Below, in pieces: positions 24,767 through 37,084 of a stretch of 64,000 nucleotides of DNA (within the stretch, counting starts at the first letter, position 1; each line of letters begins with the position of its first letter). The position numbers and the translations under genes are program-made. The notes below the pieces were generated by a model. It did no database searches and was not told where the DNA came from. It saw only the letters and a program-made list of their open reading frames with translations. The stretch comes from the human T2T-CHM13v2.0 reference genome, Homo sapiens. The DNA is taken from the NCBI RefSeq assembly GCF_009914755.1, contig NC_060947.1; one strand, 5' to 3'.

Positions 24767-25699
24767 GTTGAGCAGGGGTTTGAACATTTACTGGAAGTTT
24801 ACATGTCTGTGGACAAGAATCACTCTGCATTGCTCTCAGTTTTCCACAGTTTAGAGAGTTGTAAAATTGCTCAAACACAGTGAAAGACTAGAATCAGATA
24901 ACTTGAAGGGTTGTGATCTAAACCATGTATAGCTTTCCATTCAATTTTTTTTTTCTCTACACTACATTTGGGAAAACAGCCCAGGTCTTGATGAGACTAA
25001 CCAGTGGGCTTAGAAGCAGTAGGTTCCCTGTTGCCAGGTCTCCTTGATCCTTGTATGCCTGAACTGGCCAACTTAGAAAAATGTTTCTTGAGTCATGTTT
25101 TAGGATGCCTTCAGCCTCCTGTCAGGCTCTTGTTTTTGTCTTTGATCCTTTGAAATGGCCATTTGGTTCTATGACAGTTGCAATGTGATGGCAAGGAGAC
25201 AGAAGAAGAGATTAGTGATGTAGAGATTTCAAAAAAACTCCAGAAGTTAAAAAGTCCCTTCATCTCATTCAGTTTCCACTGCCTATTCCCTTTCCTCAAA
25301 GAAAGGGAGTAATCCAAGGTGCTACTCTCTCCCATTCCATGAAGCCAACTTGCCACAACAGTTTGCTTTTGAGTTGATGAACTTGCTTTCAGTCTTCTAT
25401 TTGATATGGTTTCAATTTTTCTCTTCTGTACATTTCATTCACTGAGCATGTACACAGGGATACACACAAAAAAACCCACATAAACACATGCATCATACAC
25501 ACACCACTTAAGAATTAAATCTTCATGTTTTCCCCCAAATTATGTATCCATCTGTTAAATTATTCATGCTAAAGAAACGGAGCAGAGGAATGGCTAATCC
25601 AAAATGCTAGATAATGCCCAAATGATGTAGTGGACTTTGGAGTATGTTTTGTGTGTGTGCTGATGTTTGAAATTAGATGTGCCTTATAAAAGCAGGCAT

Positions 25700-25870
25700 T
25701 GGAGTACTGGAGAGGAATGCTTTGAGACTGAAATTATGGTCCTACTTCAACTAGGTTTGTGACCAAGTTGAATTCAGTTTACCTTTCAGCCTCATTTTCC
25801 AATTCTGTAAAATGAGAGATTTGAACAAAGTGATCTCTAAAGCCCCCTTCAGCTCTGACAATTCCAGAAT
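25700..25870 (+). mobile_element. MIR3-like SINE
   Basis: cctcattttccaattctgtaaaatgagagatttgaacaaagtgatctctaaagcccccttcagctctgacaattc. Confidence 0.7.
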
Positions 25871-25917
25871 ATTCCAGAGATTGGCTTTAAGCCAACAGTA
25901 AATCAAATAAGCAATCC

Positions 25918-25955
25918 AAACTCAAACTCAAACTCAAACTCAAACCCAAACCCAA
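25918..25955 (+). repeat. Hexamer repeat (CAAACT)4(CAAACC)2
   Basis: Seen directly. Confidence 0.9.
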
Positions 25956-26084
25956 AGGGATTTTGGGAAGCTATTCAGTTTCCCCTCTTGGCCCTCTGTT
26001 TACCTCTTCCCTGTGACCTTCCTATTGAGAGTAAATCTCTCTAACATTCAAGTATTCACTCACACTTTTATTCAGTAATATAAA

Positions 26085-26310
26085 TGGCCACCATTTATTG
26101 AGTACTTACTAGTGCAGGCACCCTACTAGGCACTGTATATGTATTACTTCAATTATCACAACAACCCCAGAGGTAGATACCATTATTCATTCAATTTTAT
26201 AGATGCAGAAGTGAGGCTCCAACATGGCAAAGAGTTTACTCAAGGAAACATAGCTAGTAAGCATCAGTGCTAAGATGCAAATTGAGTCTGTCTGGCTTCA
26301 AATTCAGAGC
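26085..26310 (-). mobile_element. MIR SINE
   Basis: ccatttattgagtacttacta..tcacaacaaccccagaggtag..tttatagatgcagaagtgaggctc. Confidence 0.8.
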
Positions 26311-26639
26311 TTTTTTTTTTTTTTTTAACTAAAGGGTGTTGCTTCTCCATATAATTATCAGAGTTATGTGCAAACAGTGAAAGGCGCTAGGGAGAATAAA
26401 ATGTTGAAGATTCGATCTGTGCCCTTAAAGGTTTTCAACAAAGTGGAGAATGGATTATTCATCTGGGTGTTAGGGAAAAAAAATGAAAATGGTCTGAAAA
26501 GTAAGAATTAATTGTCAATTGAGTGAATTAAGTGTCAAAAAATTGAAAGGTGAAGTATGAGAAGAATAAATCACCTAAAAAAAAGAACAGAGATATCAAG
26601 TATGACCCATTTTATTATCCTATTTATTCACTTCTGTTC

Positions 26640-26780
26640 AAGTCAGAGGCCCTACTTCTGCCATAAATTGCTATGTGATTTTGGGCAAAACCTATTTCTT
26701 CTCTGGGTCTAGGTTTCCTCATTTTTTAAGTGATGAGGATAACTAAATGGTTGCAAGTTCCCTCGCTGCGATTCCATGAT
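26640..26780 (+). mobile_element. MIR/MIR3 fragment
   Basis: tgctatgtgattttgggcaa..ctctgggtctaggtttcctcatt. Confidence 0.6.
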
Positions 26781-27429
26781 TATATAATAACTTGAGGCTA
26801 TTTTACATTCACCACTGGAATTTAAGAATGGAATCTGAATGGGAGGATTTCATGCAAGGATCTGATCCAATTGTGGGGTAGAATTCCTTAAAGAAATGTG
26901 AATCTCCAGAAAATCAGCCAGGGAATTTGCATAGCCCTTTTGCACATAAATCTAATTGTGATAGGGAGAAAAAAAAATGGTGCATTCCACAACTATCCTT
27001 TGAAATGTGTCTACGGTATCCTTTAAAATGACACATTATAAGTTAGGGAACGTTTTCAGGCAAATAGGAGATGCCAGAGAAGTAAAGATAGATTTAGTCA
27101 GTACATCTGGTACATCTGGTGAAATGAATAGCCCAGCCAAAGGGTTAAAGCTGAATAGCACTAATTGCCGAGAATTCAGATTAGGCATATTTAATAGATA
27201 TAAACACCCCAACCATCCATCATCCCATCTGGTCCTTCTTCATAGAAAATGGAGAGAAATGGTGAGGGCATGCTGCCCCGACAGACTCTACTTTTCTCAG
27301 AACACAACCCATCTTTCTACCAGGATCCCCTCCATTTTCAGAAACGAATAAACAAACAAACCCAGACTTTGCGTCTGCAAGGGGCAATATAGTAGCCCAG
27401 ACACCTATTGACTGGAAATGTAGCCTCTT

Positions 27430-27493
27430 TATAAAAGGCAAGATGGCCTGGCACCATTCAAGCTTCAATGCCTTATGAAATGAGAAGGTAAGA
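27430..27493 (+). promoter_or_regulatory. Candidate TATA box (TATAAAAG) followed ~50 nt later by a strong splice donor AAG|GTAAGA
   Basis: TATAAAAG at 27430-27437 and donor GT at 27488, in repeat-free sequence. Motif evidence only. Confidence 0.25.
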
Positions 27494-30349
27494 TCCGGTC
27501 TCAGTGCAAGATTTGGCACTTCCATGGCCTTCACATTGTGATAGGCAGGAGTGATAGGAAAGAATTCAAGCATATCAAAAATCCTTGTCCTTTTTCCTTC
27601 CTTCAGTTGCCTTAGCACGAAACCACAACTAATCTACCTGTGGACTCTGGCTTTTGACTTAACGAATCCAGCAGTTTTAAAATCAGTGTGGATATTAATT
27701 AAAGAAGGGAGACAACCCAAAGTTTAGGTCCCCAGAACAGTCTTCCCTCTTCCTCATTAGTGCTCCCTCACCCCCTCCTCTTTTGTATCTTACTCTTCTC
27801 TTTGATTCTCATACAATCTTTCCTTTGTCTTCCCTTACTCTCCCCAGTCCTCTCTTATTCCTTTCCCTTTTTTTTTTCTTTTCTGCCTATGCCTTAAGCC
27901 TGTCTGAACTCACTATGGCTTAACTCGGCTGACAGCCACAAAAAACTAAAGAAGACACCGGACCCTGACCTTCAGGATGGTCCCATGTGATCCTCATAAA
28001 CTCTCTGAGATGAAAGTCCCTGCAACATGCTTTTATATTCTCCACTGAATCTAGGGCTGGATACTGTGCAAATGGTCAATAAACTCTTTTTAGTTAAATG
28101 TAATGGGTGAATCACTCTTCTAGGCTTCCATATGTTTCTGGGAATAAGACATTTTGTCTTTCGACAGCTGACAGAGTTTGACATTGACATGGGGACTCAG
28201 AATTTGGCCTGCTTGAGAGACCATAGATTTTTTAAATGTTCCTCTTCTATCAGTATTGAATGAGATTTGTTGACAGCATCAAGAGGAAAGTCAAAGTTGT
28301 CATTTTTTATTGAAGGTGGTGGAGCAAGAAGTTGGAGGAACTTATTCTATTAACAATTCTTGGCAGCAATCACTCTTCTCTTTTGCCCCCATACAGACGC
28401 CTCACTTTTGGGAAATGATTTCAAATCTTAAACAAGATGTTAGCTCAGTTTTATTTCTGCTGAATAGAACAGAAGTTTTAATACTAGAGTTCTGATAGGC
28501 TGTGGGCTCTTCTACCCTTTCATTATAATGTACTTTCACTGAGGCCATATAATCTAACTTGTGTAAAACTTGTCATTATTGGGGAATTGACTCCAAATAT
28601 AACAAATCAAGATGGTCAACTTGCTCAACTGGGAAAGTCAACATTTAAGACAAATCTAATCATGCATGCCAGTTCTCAACGAGGTGAGTTTCAGCCATAC
28701 CCAGTTGTGCAAGTTTTACACAAAACCCAGTTTATCTTCTTTGCTGCCTAGAGGAAAGGAATTTGGTAAAGAACTTTTTCTTAGTGCTCATGTGTGAAGG
28801 TACACCGTCAACACATTAATTCATTTCACTTTCCTCCCAGTTAGGGAAACTTCCTCTCCCGCCTCTCAGAGAGAAAAGAGAAATATGGGCTGTAGGCCAA
28901 GCATGAAGATAGATCAAGTGCATTGAGCCTTGAGATGCTGCTTCTACATTCCCATTTTTATTGTTTCATTCGTTGGTAAACATTTCTTTACTGTTATATA
29001 GTCGTTTAGATCAAGAGATCTTTTAGATAAAGGGGGCAACCAAAAACTAATTTAGCTAGGTTATGCAGCATGTTATGAACCTATTAGAGAATGACCATCC
29101 ATAATTCCATAAGTTCTTACTTAAGGTGATTTTTGATAATCGTTCTTTGCTCTATTTTTTCCCAAGGGAGATACAATAAACCCAAAGTGATAAAATAATT
29201 ATCATCTTTGTTGAGTTTGTCTAATTGCATACTGATTTCCCACCCTTGTTTATTGATCTTCAAAGAATATAAATACAGAAACAACTGCTTGAGTCTCGAA
29301 AATTTAAAAATGAAAGGTCAACACTAATAGTTCTGTTATTGAGCCTTATACCTACTTGACAACAGGTTTACTAGGGTAGACCTTTTATGTAGGCAGAGCA
29401 GTTGACCTATGCGATGTGGACTTAAAAGCCCTAGGAAAGCTTCTTTATCACTTAAGGGTTCTCGCACCACTTCCACTATTGGCTAATGCTTAAAATCTCA
29501 CCATTAAAGTTTTGATTAGTGTTTATATAATGTAATGCACATATATATACACACACTCATGCACCCACTAAAACTCCCTAAGCTGTTCTTAGTGATTTAT
29601 TCCCTAAGTGTGAATGAGAGGTAGATACTTGGTTTTGGATTTGAGCCTAGGGAGAAAATATTTGGTGCCCAGCACCTGAAGAGGCTCACAGAAGGGGTTA
29701 CATGGAGAGATCAGGGGGCAAGTATATGAATACATAACCAATACCTTTATTTTATGATTTTGCCTAGATTTCACTCTAAGAATGCCACCAACAGAAGTCT
29801 TTTTTACTCTGATTTTATTTCCTTTCCTTCATCTTCTAATGTTCTCCCTGAGAGCTAAGGAAAAAGACTATGGGCCTCAACTGAGCTCATTTTAGGGTTG
29901 AGAGTGCGTCTTCTACTTCCCTTATTTGCCTTTCAGTGTCTACGTGTCTGTACACTGAAATAAATCAATTAATCATATTGACTGACTTTCCTAGTTCAAA
30001 AAGAGAAAGATAAGTGATAGTATCTGAAAAGAGTACAAAAAGGAAAGGTACATTTTCCCATTCTAATAATCAGGCCTACAATTGCTCTCATTAACTCTAA
30101 GACTAAGCCCCCTGCCCACTTACCTCCAGTCACCACAATCCCTAAGTAAACAATTTGCCATGAGAAACCACACAAAGAAATGCCAGAATCTATTCAAATG
30201 TAGAGAGAAAATGTTACAATGAAGTACCTTACATTCTTACACTAATCACTACTGCTTCCTTGGGAACCAAATAAAAAAGGAAAAAAACAAAGAAAAATGC
30301 CAAAAGGGACAAGCAGGATTGTCCCTTTGTCAAATAGGATTTGATGTAC

Positions 30350-32650
30350 TTAAATTCAACAAAAACATATTGAGTCCATACACAGTCAGATAAAGCAGAA
30401 ATGGTTCTTGCCCTCATATTCTAATAGTTGGAGGGGGTTAATGACAGATGTCAAGTATGTACATAATAATCCTTACAAAAGTTAGAGTTGAAAATGCAAT
30501 AAAAGAGGCAGAACTTAATTGCTCTGGAGTTCCAAGTGAAGAAGTTATGTCACTAGTAGTCATAATAGTAGTAACAACAACAGTAATTATTACTATTATC
30601 TATTGAGGCTTATCATATGTCAGATGCCATGCAAAGCACTTTTGTAAGAATTTTCTTATTTAATTTAATCCTCATACAAACTTGATCCATTAGGGATCAT
30701 GATTATCCTCATGTTCTTTATGAGGAAACTGAAGCTGAGAAATTTAGTAACTTTCCCATGGTCACACAGCTAGAAAGTAGTGGAACTAGAATTATTCCAG
30801 AGCTTGTGTTGATAAAGACTTCACAAAAGAGACAACATTTAAGATGGTCTTTGAAGAATGTGTTGGATTTTAACAGGAAAATAAAAGGACCAATACCAGC
30901 AAAACCGTATAGGTTGTAAAGCATATGTGGCATGTTTAGAGGATTGCAAATGGTATAGTTTCCCTGGAGCAAAGCAAAATTTGTGGTGCTAGTGACAGAA
31001 AGAGCCAAGTAAGGAGGAAAACCAGTGTAGAAGGAAAGACGATGAGCATGGCTGACACATGCGATAACCTTGCTCCTGAATTTCACACCAATATTTTCAT
31101 CTTCATTGAGAAAGAACGAATAGGCCAAGAACAGAATTTTAGGACATGATCACACTGATGGGGTAGGAAGAGGAAGAGCCATCAGTTATGTAAATGTAAA
31201 CAAAGCAGTTAGAATATTAAGAAGACCAGAGGTTGACAGTATGGTGGGTGCCACGGAAGGTCAGGGTGCCAGAAGAAGGTGTTTAGTTCCTACTTTAGTC
31301 AATGCTATAAAAATTGAAGAGAATCAGGATTTATAGTAGATTAGCTTGCTACCAGTTATTGATCACTTTCTATGCTTCTGGTACTATGCTAAGCACTTTA
31401 CAACAGCAATTGTCTACCTAAACTTCAGAACCACTTGTGAGGTAGGGACTGTTATTTTCCCGATTTTAAAGATGAGGAAACTGAAATTTATAGAACTTAA
31501 AAAACTTGATCAAGACCTCATAGCTAGTTAAGAGGCACAGCCTGGACTTAAACCTAAATCTGTTTAACTCTGAAGCTTATGTTCTTAATCTCTAAGATCT
31601 ATTTCCATTTCATTTTTATTTACCAGGAGTTCACCCTTGAGAGAGAGGTTTTTGGCAGAGTAATAAGGGTAAGAGTCAGAGAGCACAGATTGACTAGAAG
31701 GGAGAGGACAGATATTAGAATGATTGTGAAATGAGTGGGTGGTAAGACAGTGGAGGTTATGGCTATCAACTTATTCTGTCTATAGTTTAGAGGGAGTGGC
31801 AAAGAAAGGTAAACAATGGGAGTGGGTAGCCTGAGGGGACAGAAGAGTCAAGGGAAGTTTCTTTTAATAGGGGAGGAATGAACCTATTGTTGACTGAAGA
31901 GTAGCCAGTGGAGAGGGAGAAAGGGCATAATTTATGGAACAGGAATGTGGCAGAGAAAGGAGGAATAAGATTCAGAGGACAAGGGGGAAGGTTCAAATTA
32001 GAAAGAAGAAAGACATTTATTAGGTAACCCATGTTCTTAACCTTTTCTCCTCTCCCTGATCTCATCAAAATGTGTCTGATTCAGTAAGCACCTTAGTTGC
32101 CTAAGTATAATTACTTATTATACTTGGTATATATTACATGGACTGTTACTCATAAAAATATAATATTTAAAATGTGAGATGACTGAAACACTAAATATAA
32201 TTAATTAGGAATTATAAGTAATGAATGAATTAAGGTGCCAGCGTATTAGATAATGATATAATAAATATGTTTTATCTCTCTGATAGTTGAATTTTCACAG
32301 AAATGTTGGAAACAGAGAAAAAATTTACAACCCCCCACCCCAGGTGACCCTTAGATACAGACAGATGTTAGTGTGAAACTGTCATTCACTCAGCAAACAT
32401 TTACTGAAAGTCAGCTATATGCCAGGTTCTGTGCTACACACTGGGGATACAGAAATAAAGGACAGAGTTCACATCCCCAAAGATCTCACAGCCTAGTGGA
32501 TGAGGCAGAGAAATCAACACAGTATAATACAGCTTGATGAATGCTGTGATTGAGGTAAAAACCATGAAACACTGTTGAACTACATAAGGAGGCAGTGGGC
32601 GGGGTTCAGGGAAGGCTTCCCAAAGGAGGTGATATTTGAGATGAGTTTTG
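30350..32650 (-). mobile_element. Cluster of L2 and MIR relics (L2 ~30350-30545, ~30810-30970, ~31620-31990, ~32380-32650; MIR ~30590-30800, ~31350-31600)
   Basis: Antisense L2 tails (cattcactcagcaaacatttactga..gccaggttctgtgcta) and MIR cores (tgaggaaactgaagctgagaaatttagtaactttcccatggtcacacagcta). Confidence 0.7.
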
Positions 32651-33133
32651 ACCTTCTACTGTTGCTTTTATAGGGATCTGCAAAAAGGGCCAGGAATTCC
32701 CCCAGGTGTCACATTACAGGCAACAGCTGCAACTCACTATCCTGGCTTCATCCTCAGTGTCTGACATCAAGGTCACTGAGCCAAAAGTCTTAGGTGGGGG
32801 GGAGTATACAATGGCACTAAGTCTAACCTCTGGGCTATTGGGTCATAGGAGAAGATGAGGGCTATAGGTTCCAGATTACAATCTGAATAAATAGCCTTCT
32901 CTTTTCCAGGGTTGGGAAAGTAAGAAAGTGGAAAGGGAAAGTGGAGAGGAGCTAGAAGAAGGAAGGAAGGAATAGCTACCTCTTTATTAGATCTTTCTGC
33001 CTGCTAGGAAGAAAGCCTTCTCTCTGCATATACACCACTCATATTGTTTTGTTTCAATCTTTATTCTTGGGTGTTTTTCCACATGAAAAGGGCAGTGAAT
33101 ATATCTCACCTCAGTGCAGAGACATTTAGAAAT

Positions 33134-33996
33134 GAAAAACAACTTCAACCAAGCTCTATTTCTCCTTCTTTGAAACTGGAAGACTGATTGTAGGTCAGTT
33201 TCTATTTTATCTGAGCCACTTGGCCCATCTGGAATAGTCACTCTAGGAAATCGAAAACTAAATTTAAATTTTACAGAGGAAATTTTGAAGTGACTCCCTC
33301 AATCTGGTCAGACACATTCTGTTGCATTCCTCTGTCCAGGCATAACACTGAGCCTCTGACGAAAATCTGAATGACAATTGTCTGTTCTTAGTATTAAATT
33401 ATTTGCCCCCCCCATTTCCATTAATTTGCAGACTCAGGCATACTATAGCAAAGACTCAACTTGAACTAATTGCCTTTTAAATTTACCTCTCATGTTCCTT
33501 TCCTTAGCAAATGAGAATAACCATACATTGAAGCAGGAAAGACTATGGTTAGACATAAGGAAAAACAACCTCAACCAAGCGCTATTTCTCCTTCCCTTGA
33601 AGCTGGAAGACTGATTGTAGGTCAGTTTCTATTTTATCTGAGCCACTTGGCCCATCTGGAATAGTCACTCTAAGAAATCAAAAACTAAATTTAAATTTTA
33701 CAGAGGAAATTTTGAAGTGACTCCCTCAATCTGATCAGACACATTCTGTTGCATTCCTCTGTCCAGGCATAACACTGAGCCTCTGACGAAAATCTGAATG
33801 ACAGTTGTCTGTTCTTAATATTAAATTATTTGCCACACCCCCTCCTCATTTCCATTCATTTGCAGACTCAGACATACTATAGCAAAGACTCAACTTGAAC
33901 AAATTGCCTTTTAAATTTACCTCTCATATTCCTTTCCTTAGCAAATGGGAATAACCATACATTGAAGCAGGAAAGACTGCAGTTAGACATAAGGAA
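33134..33996. repeat. Tandem duplication, 2 x ~426-434 bp of mostly unique sequence
   Basis: 33134-33559 and 33560-~33993 are nearly identical (gaaaaacaacYtcaaccaagc..gagccacttggcccatctggaatagtcactct..gttagacataaggaa). Confidence 0.97.
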
Positions 33997-35128
33997 GAGC
34001 ATCATATAGCTACAACATTGAGACTGGCAGTACTAGAAGACATTATGGAACATTTTTAAAGTTTCTTCTTTTCTTTTTTTTTCTTTTTTCTTTTTTTACT
34101 TGTTTGTTTGATGTTATTCTTGCTGTTTGGGCAGATGGGTTGTTCATAAAAGACCACATGATTATTAAAGACAATTTGAAGGGGTAAAGAGAAAGCCATT
34201 TATCCTGGATGGTTTACCAGTCTGAAGGAGGAAGACAACCTTTTACCTCAAAAATTATATGATTTTACTCTCTGATTTTCAGGTGACCTCAGGTCCACAT
34301 TAGCCCTGCAATGCGGAAAGTTTTTTCTTGTACCAGGGACGGACTCCTTTTAGAGATTCCTTTAATGGTGTGGAAGAATCATAATTCTAATCAACATGAA
34401 AGCATTTGAAAGGAACCACTGCTTCAAATATGGCTATTCAAGAGAAAAGGAAAAAGAAGGCATTAAAATTCTAAGAAATTAAAACTGTTGGAGAAAATTA
34501 AATTGCAATTGAGTTAAATCTTGTGAAAAAAATGAAAGAATTTCAGTTTTGGTATCAGGAATTTTGTACATTTGTGGGCACCATGTATGGTGCAGGGTAG
34601 ATGTTATTCTGAAAAGAACAGATTTCTTTAATTCATATGCTGGGATTCACTTGATCCATCTCAGGCTTTTATGTTGACCTGGGTTATATTTTTTTCTTAT
34701 TCTTTTCCCAGAATCATCCAGGAGTTACGCCCAGTGGAAAAAGAATAGAGAAAAAATTACATTAATGATCAAATTGGTATTTCATCTCTAAATCTTAACT
34801 GGCACATAGAATGTGTAATAATTTAGCCATAGAGGAACTCTAAGTAGAAATATAAGTTCTATTAGGGGAGCCTTAATTTTGTTTTTTATGCGAGTATTTC
34901 CCAGTTAGTATTAAGTTATAACCACTTTGGTATTACATACTAAGACCTAGTATGGATGTTGTCAGGTTTGTGCTGAGGAGAAAAGTCAGTAAATATTTCA
35001 AATTTAAGTCACTCTGCATATCTCCATGCCTTATCAATTTACTATTTGAAATCATTTATTTCTTAAATTGATCTTATACCATTATTGTATAATTTTTAAT
35101 CCTTACCTAAGAGCCATCAGGAACTCAC

Positions 35129-35272
35129 CATATTGCATGGGACACAACCTGCTATAACTCTCCACTGGGCATTTTCTGTACAGAGCCAAGCTAAATCTTG
35201 CTCTCGTGAAATCAGGCACAAGTAAGATGTGAACATCGGTGCAGCATTCAGAATGTCACCATTAAGGTGATA
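35129..35272 (-). other. Candidate 144-nt internal exon (unannotated or pseudo-exon)
   Basis: Minus-strand acceptor ttacccttttagaatttcttttcag| and donor ATG|GTGAGT, with an alternative donor TAG|GTAAGG 22 nt further on. One frame is open (YHLNGD..VPCNM). Confidence 0.3.
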
Positions 35273-35863
35273 CTGAAAAGAAATTCTAAAAGGGTAAGTA
35301 ATAGATGATCTAGTACACATCTGAAAGCAGAGGAGCTCTGTGCTTCGAATTAAATATAATACTTTATAAAAATGGAGAGCCTAAAAAATGATGAACCCTT
35401 GTAGAAAACTGGAATTAATTACTCTCCATAAAAGGTTTTAATTTTATAATTTCATTTACCTTTACAGAAATAATCGTCACTCCTCATCTTTATTTTAGAA
35501 TAACCATCCATTCTCAACTTTATTTTTACTAACTAAAATCCCCTTATTAGGCTACTCTCCTTACCTTTCCTTTCCTCCCTGCACCAAAAAAAGAAAGAAA
35601 GGAAAAAGGAAACAAAAAACACATTCACACAAAAAAGCCAAAAGCCATGCATTTTAAATACCCAAGACATGAAGCCTATTGGCAGAAATGACAAGTACCG
35701 TATGGTCTCCTATTTTTCATGGTCCTCTGTGAGGTCATTGGTTTCTCATTACAGCCAGTCAAGTCATGTCAAACTTGGAGTCTGCCTCTTACCATTATTT
35801 ATATTAATATCTACTAAAGCTCCAAAGATATTCTGTGAAAATCCAAAACTCTACCTATCTGCA

Positions 35864-35887
35864 TATCTATCTATCTATCTATCTATT
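35864..35887 (+). repeat. (TATC)n tetranucleotide repeat
   Basis: Seen directly. Confidence 0.85.
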
Positions 35888-36450
35888 TATTATTTTTTCT
35901 ATCTAACTGAAGACTATAGGAATTGCTTGTGTTTTTTGAAATATATAGGAGGGAAATTTAGTAGCTGTTACTGTTGCTATAACTCATATCTAAACTCATT
36001 TAGGTTTGTGTTGGGAATTTGAATTAGAGACAATTCACTTGAAAAAAAAATGAATTAGCAAAAAAGTTAGTGGCCTGGCTTCTCAGGAATGCCTACCATC
36101 AGCAGGGACCAGTCACACATTTACTTCCAAACACCTACCCTAGGACCCTTCTTCCATCTCTGTATGAGCCATGACAAAAATTTTCTTGCTATTTCAGTCT
36201 ATTTTCTTTCGTGTGGGAGCTACAAATAATGTTGCAACAGGCTCAAAATACCCACAGCCATTGAGGCCCAGTTGCAAGAGGATCCTCTAGGACAGAGTTT
36301 TGTGTTTGAATATTAAACTGTTGAGATCGTTTGTTTTCACTGTGCACAGATATGACCAAAAAGACTGGGGTTGATTAACAAGCTATTTGCCTAAAAGTCC
36401 CAAAAGTTTTTAAAAACTAGTGCAAGCATTGATCATTAAAGTACACAAAT

Positions 36451-36456
36451 TATGTA

Positions 36457-36508
<52 letters not shown>

Positions 36509-36620
36509 TATACATATATATACACACACATATCTATATATATAGATATAGATAGATATAGATATAGATATAGATATAGATATAGATATAGATATAGATA
36601 GAGAGAGAGACCGAGAGAGA
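36451..36620. repeat. Compound microsatellite (TG)n(TA)18(CA)n..(TAGATA)n(GA)n
   Basis: Seen directly. Confidence 0.95.
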
Positions 36621-37084
36621 GTGCCAAACAGGTTTGCCCATTTGTGGGTTTTCCTCTCCTCCAGTAAGTCCAGGCTCTTGTGTTTCCCAACTAATCTATT
36701 AATGGCTGGAACTGATTGACAACTGCAACAAAGCCAGTGTAAGCACTGTGGGAGTCCTAATTGGGTAGTTCTTTATAAAGGGAATTGATGACTGAGTAAA
36801 TATGGTATTGAAAGTAGATGGTAAACATACAAAAAATTAAGCACAAATTAGCTAGATTTAGAGTATAAATACTTACGATTGGAGGACCTGAGAAAGGTTT
36901 TGAAATTTATTCAGCAAATAAAAACGTGAGGCCATTGGGAAAATAGATTTTCTTGAGTTGATATGTCAACCCACAAAAGTACTTAATTTGTGCTTGAGGG
37001 CTTTTTATTTTATTTTATTTTATTTTTGCTGGTTAGAATATGGGATCTAACAATTCATTTCTAAGTAAAATCTATGAGTTTATT

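Noticed and set aside
25175-25313. Protein-looking plus frame QLQCDGKETEEEISDVEISKKLQKLKSP
   Set aside because: Bounded by stops and lacking a good acceptor; the acidic look comes from a purine tract that reads better as a minus-strand polypyrimidine tract.
27220-27618. 132-aa minus-strand ORF (MLRQLKEGK..) and the overlapping 114-aa plus ORF at 27007-27351
   Set aside because: Non-ATG starts, no recognisable domain and no flanking minus-strand splice signals; the length is attainable by chance.
30718-31128. 136-aa minus-strand ORF
   Set aside because: It runs through L2/MIR relics (the C-terminus VTMGKLLNFSASVSS is translated MIR core), so it is not a gene.
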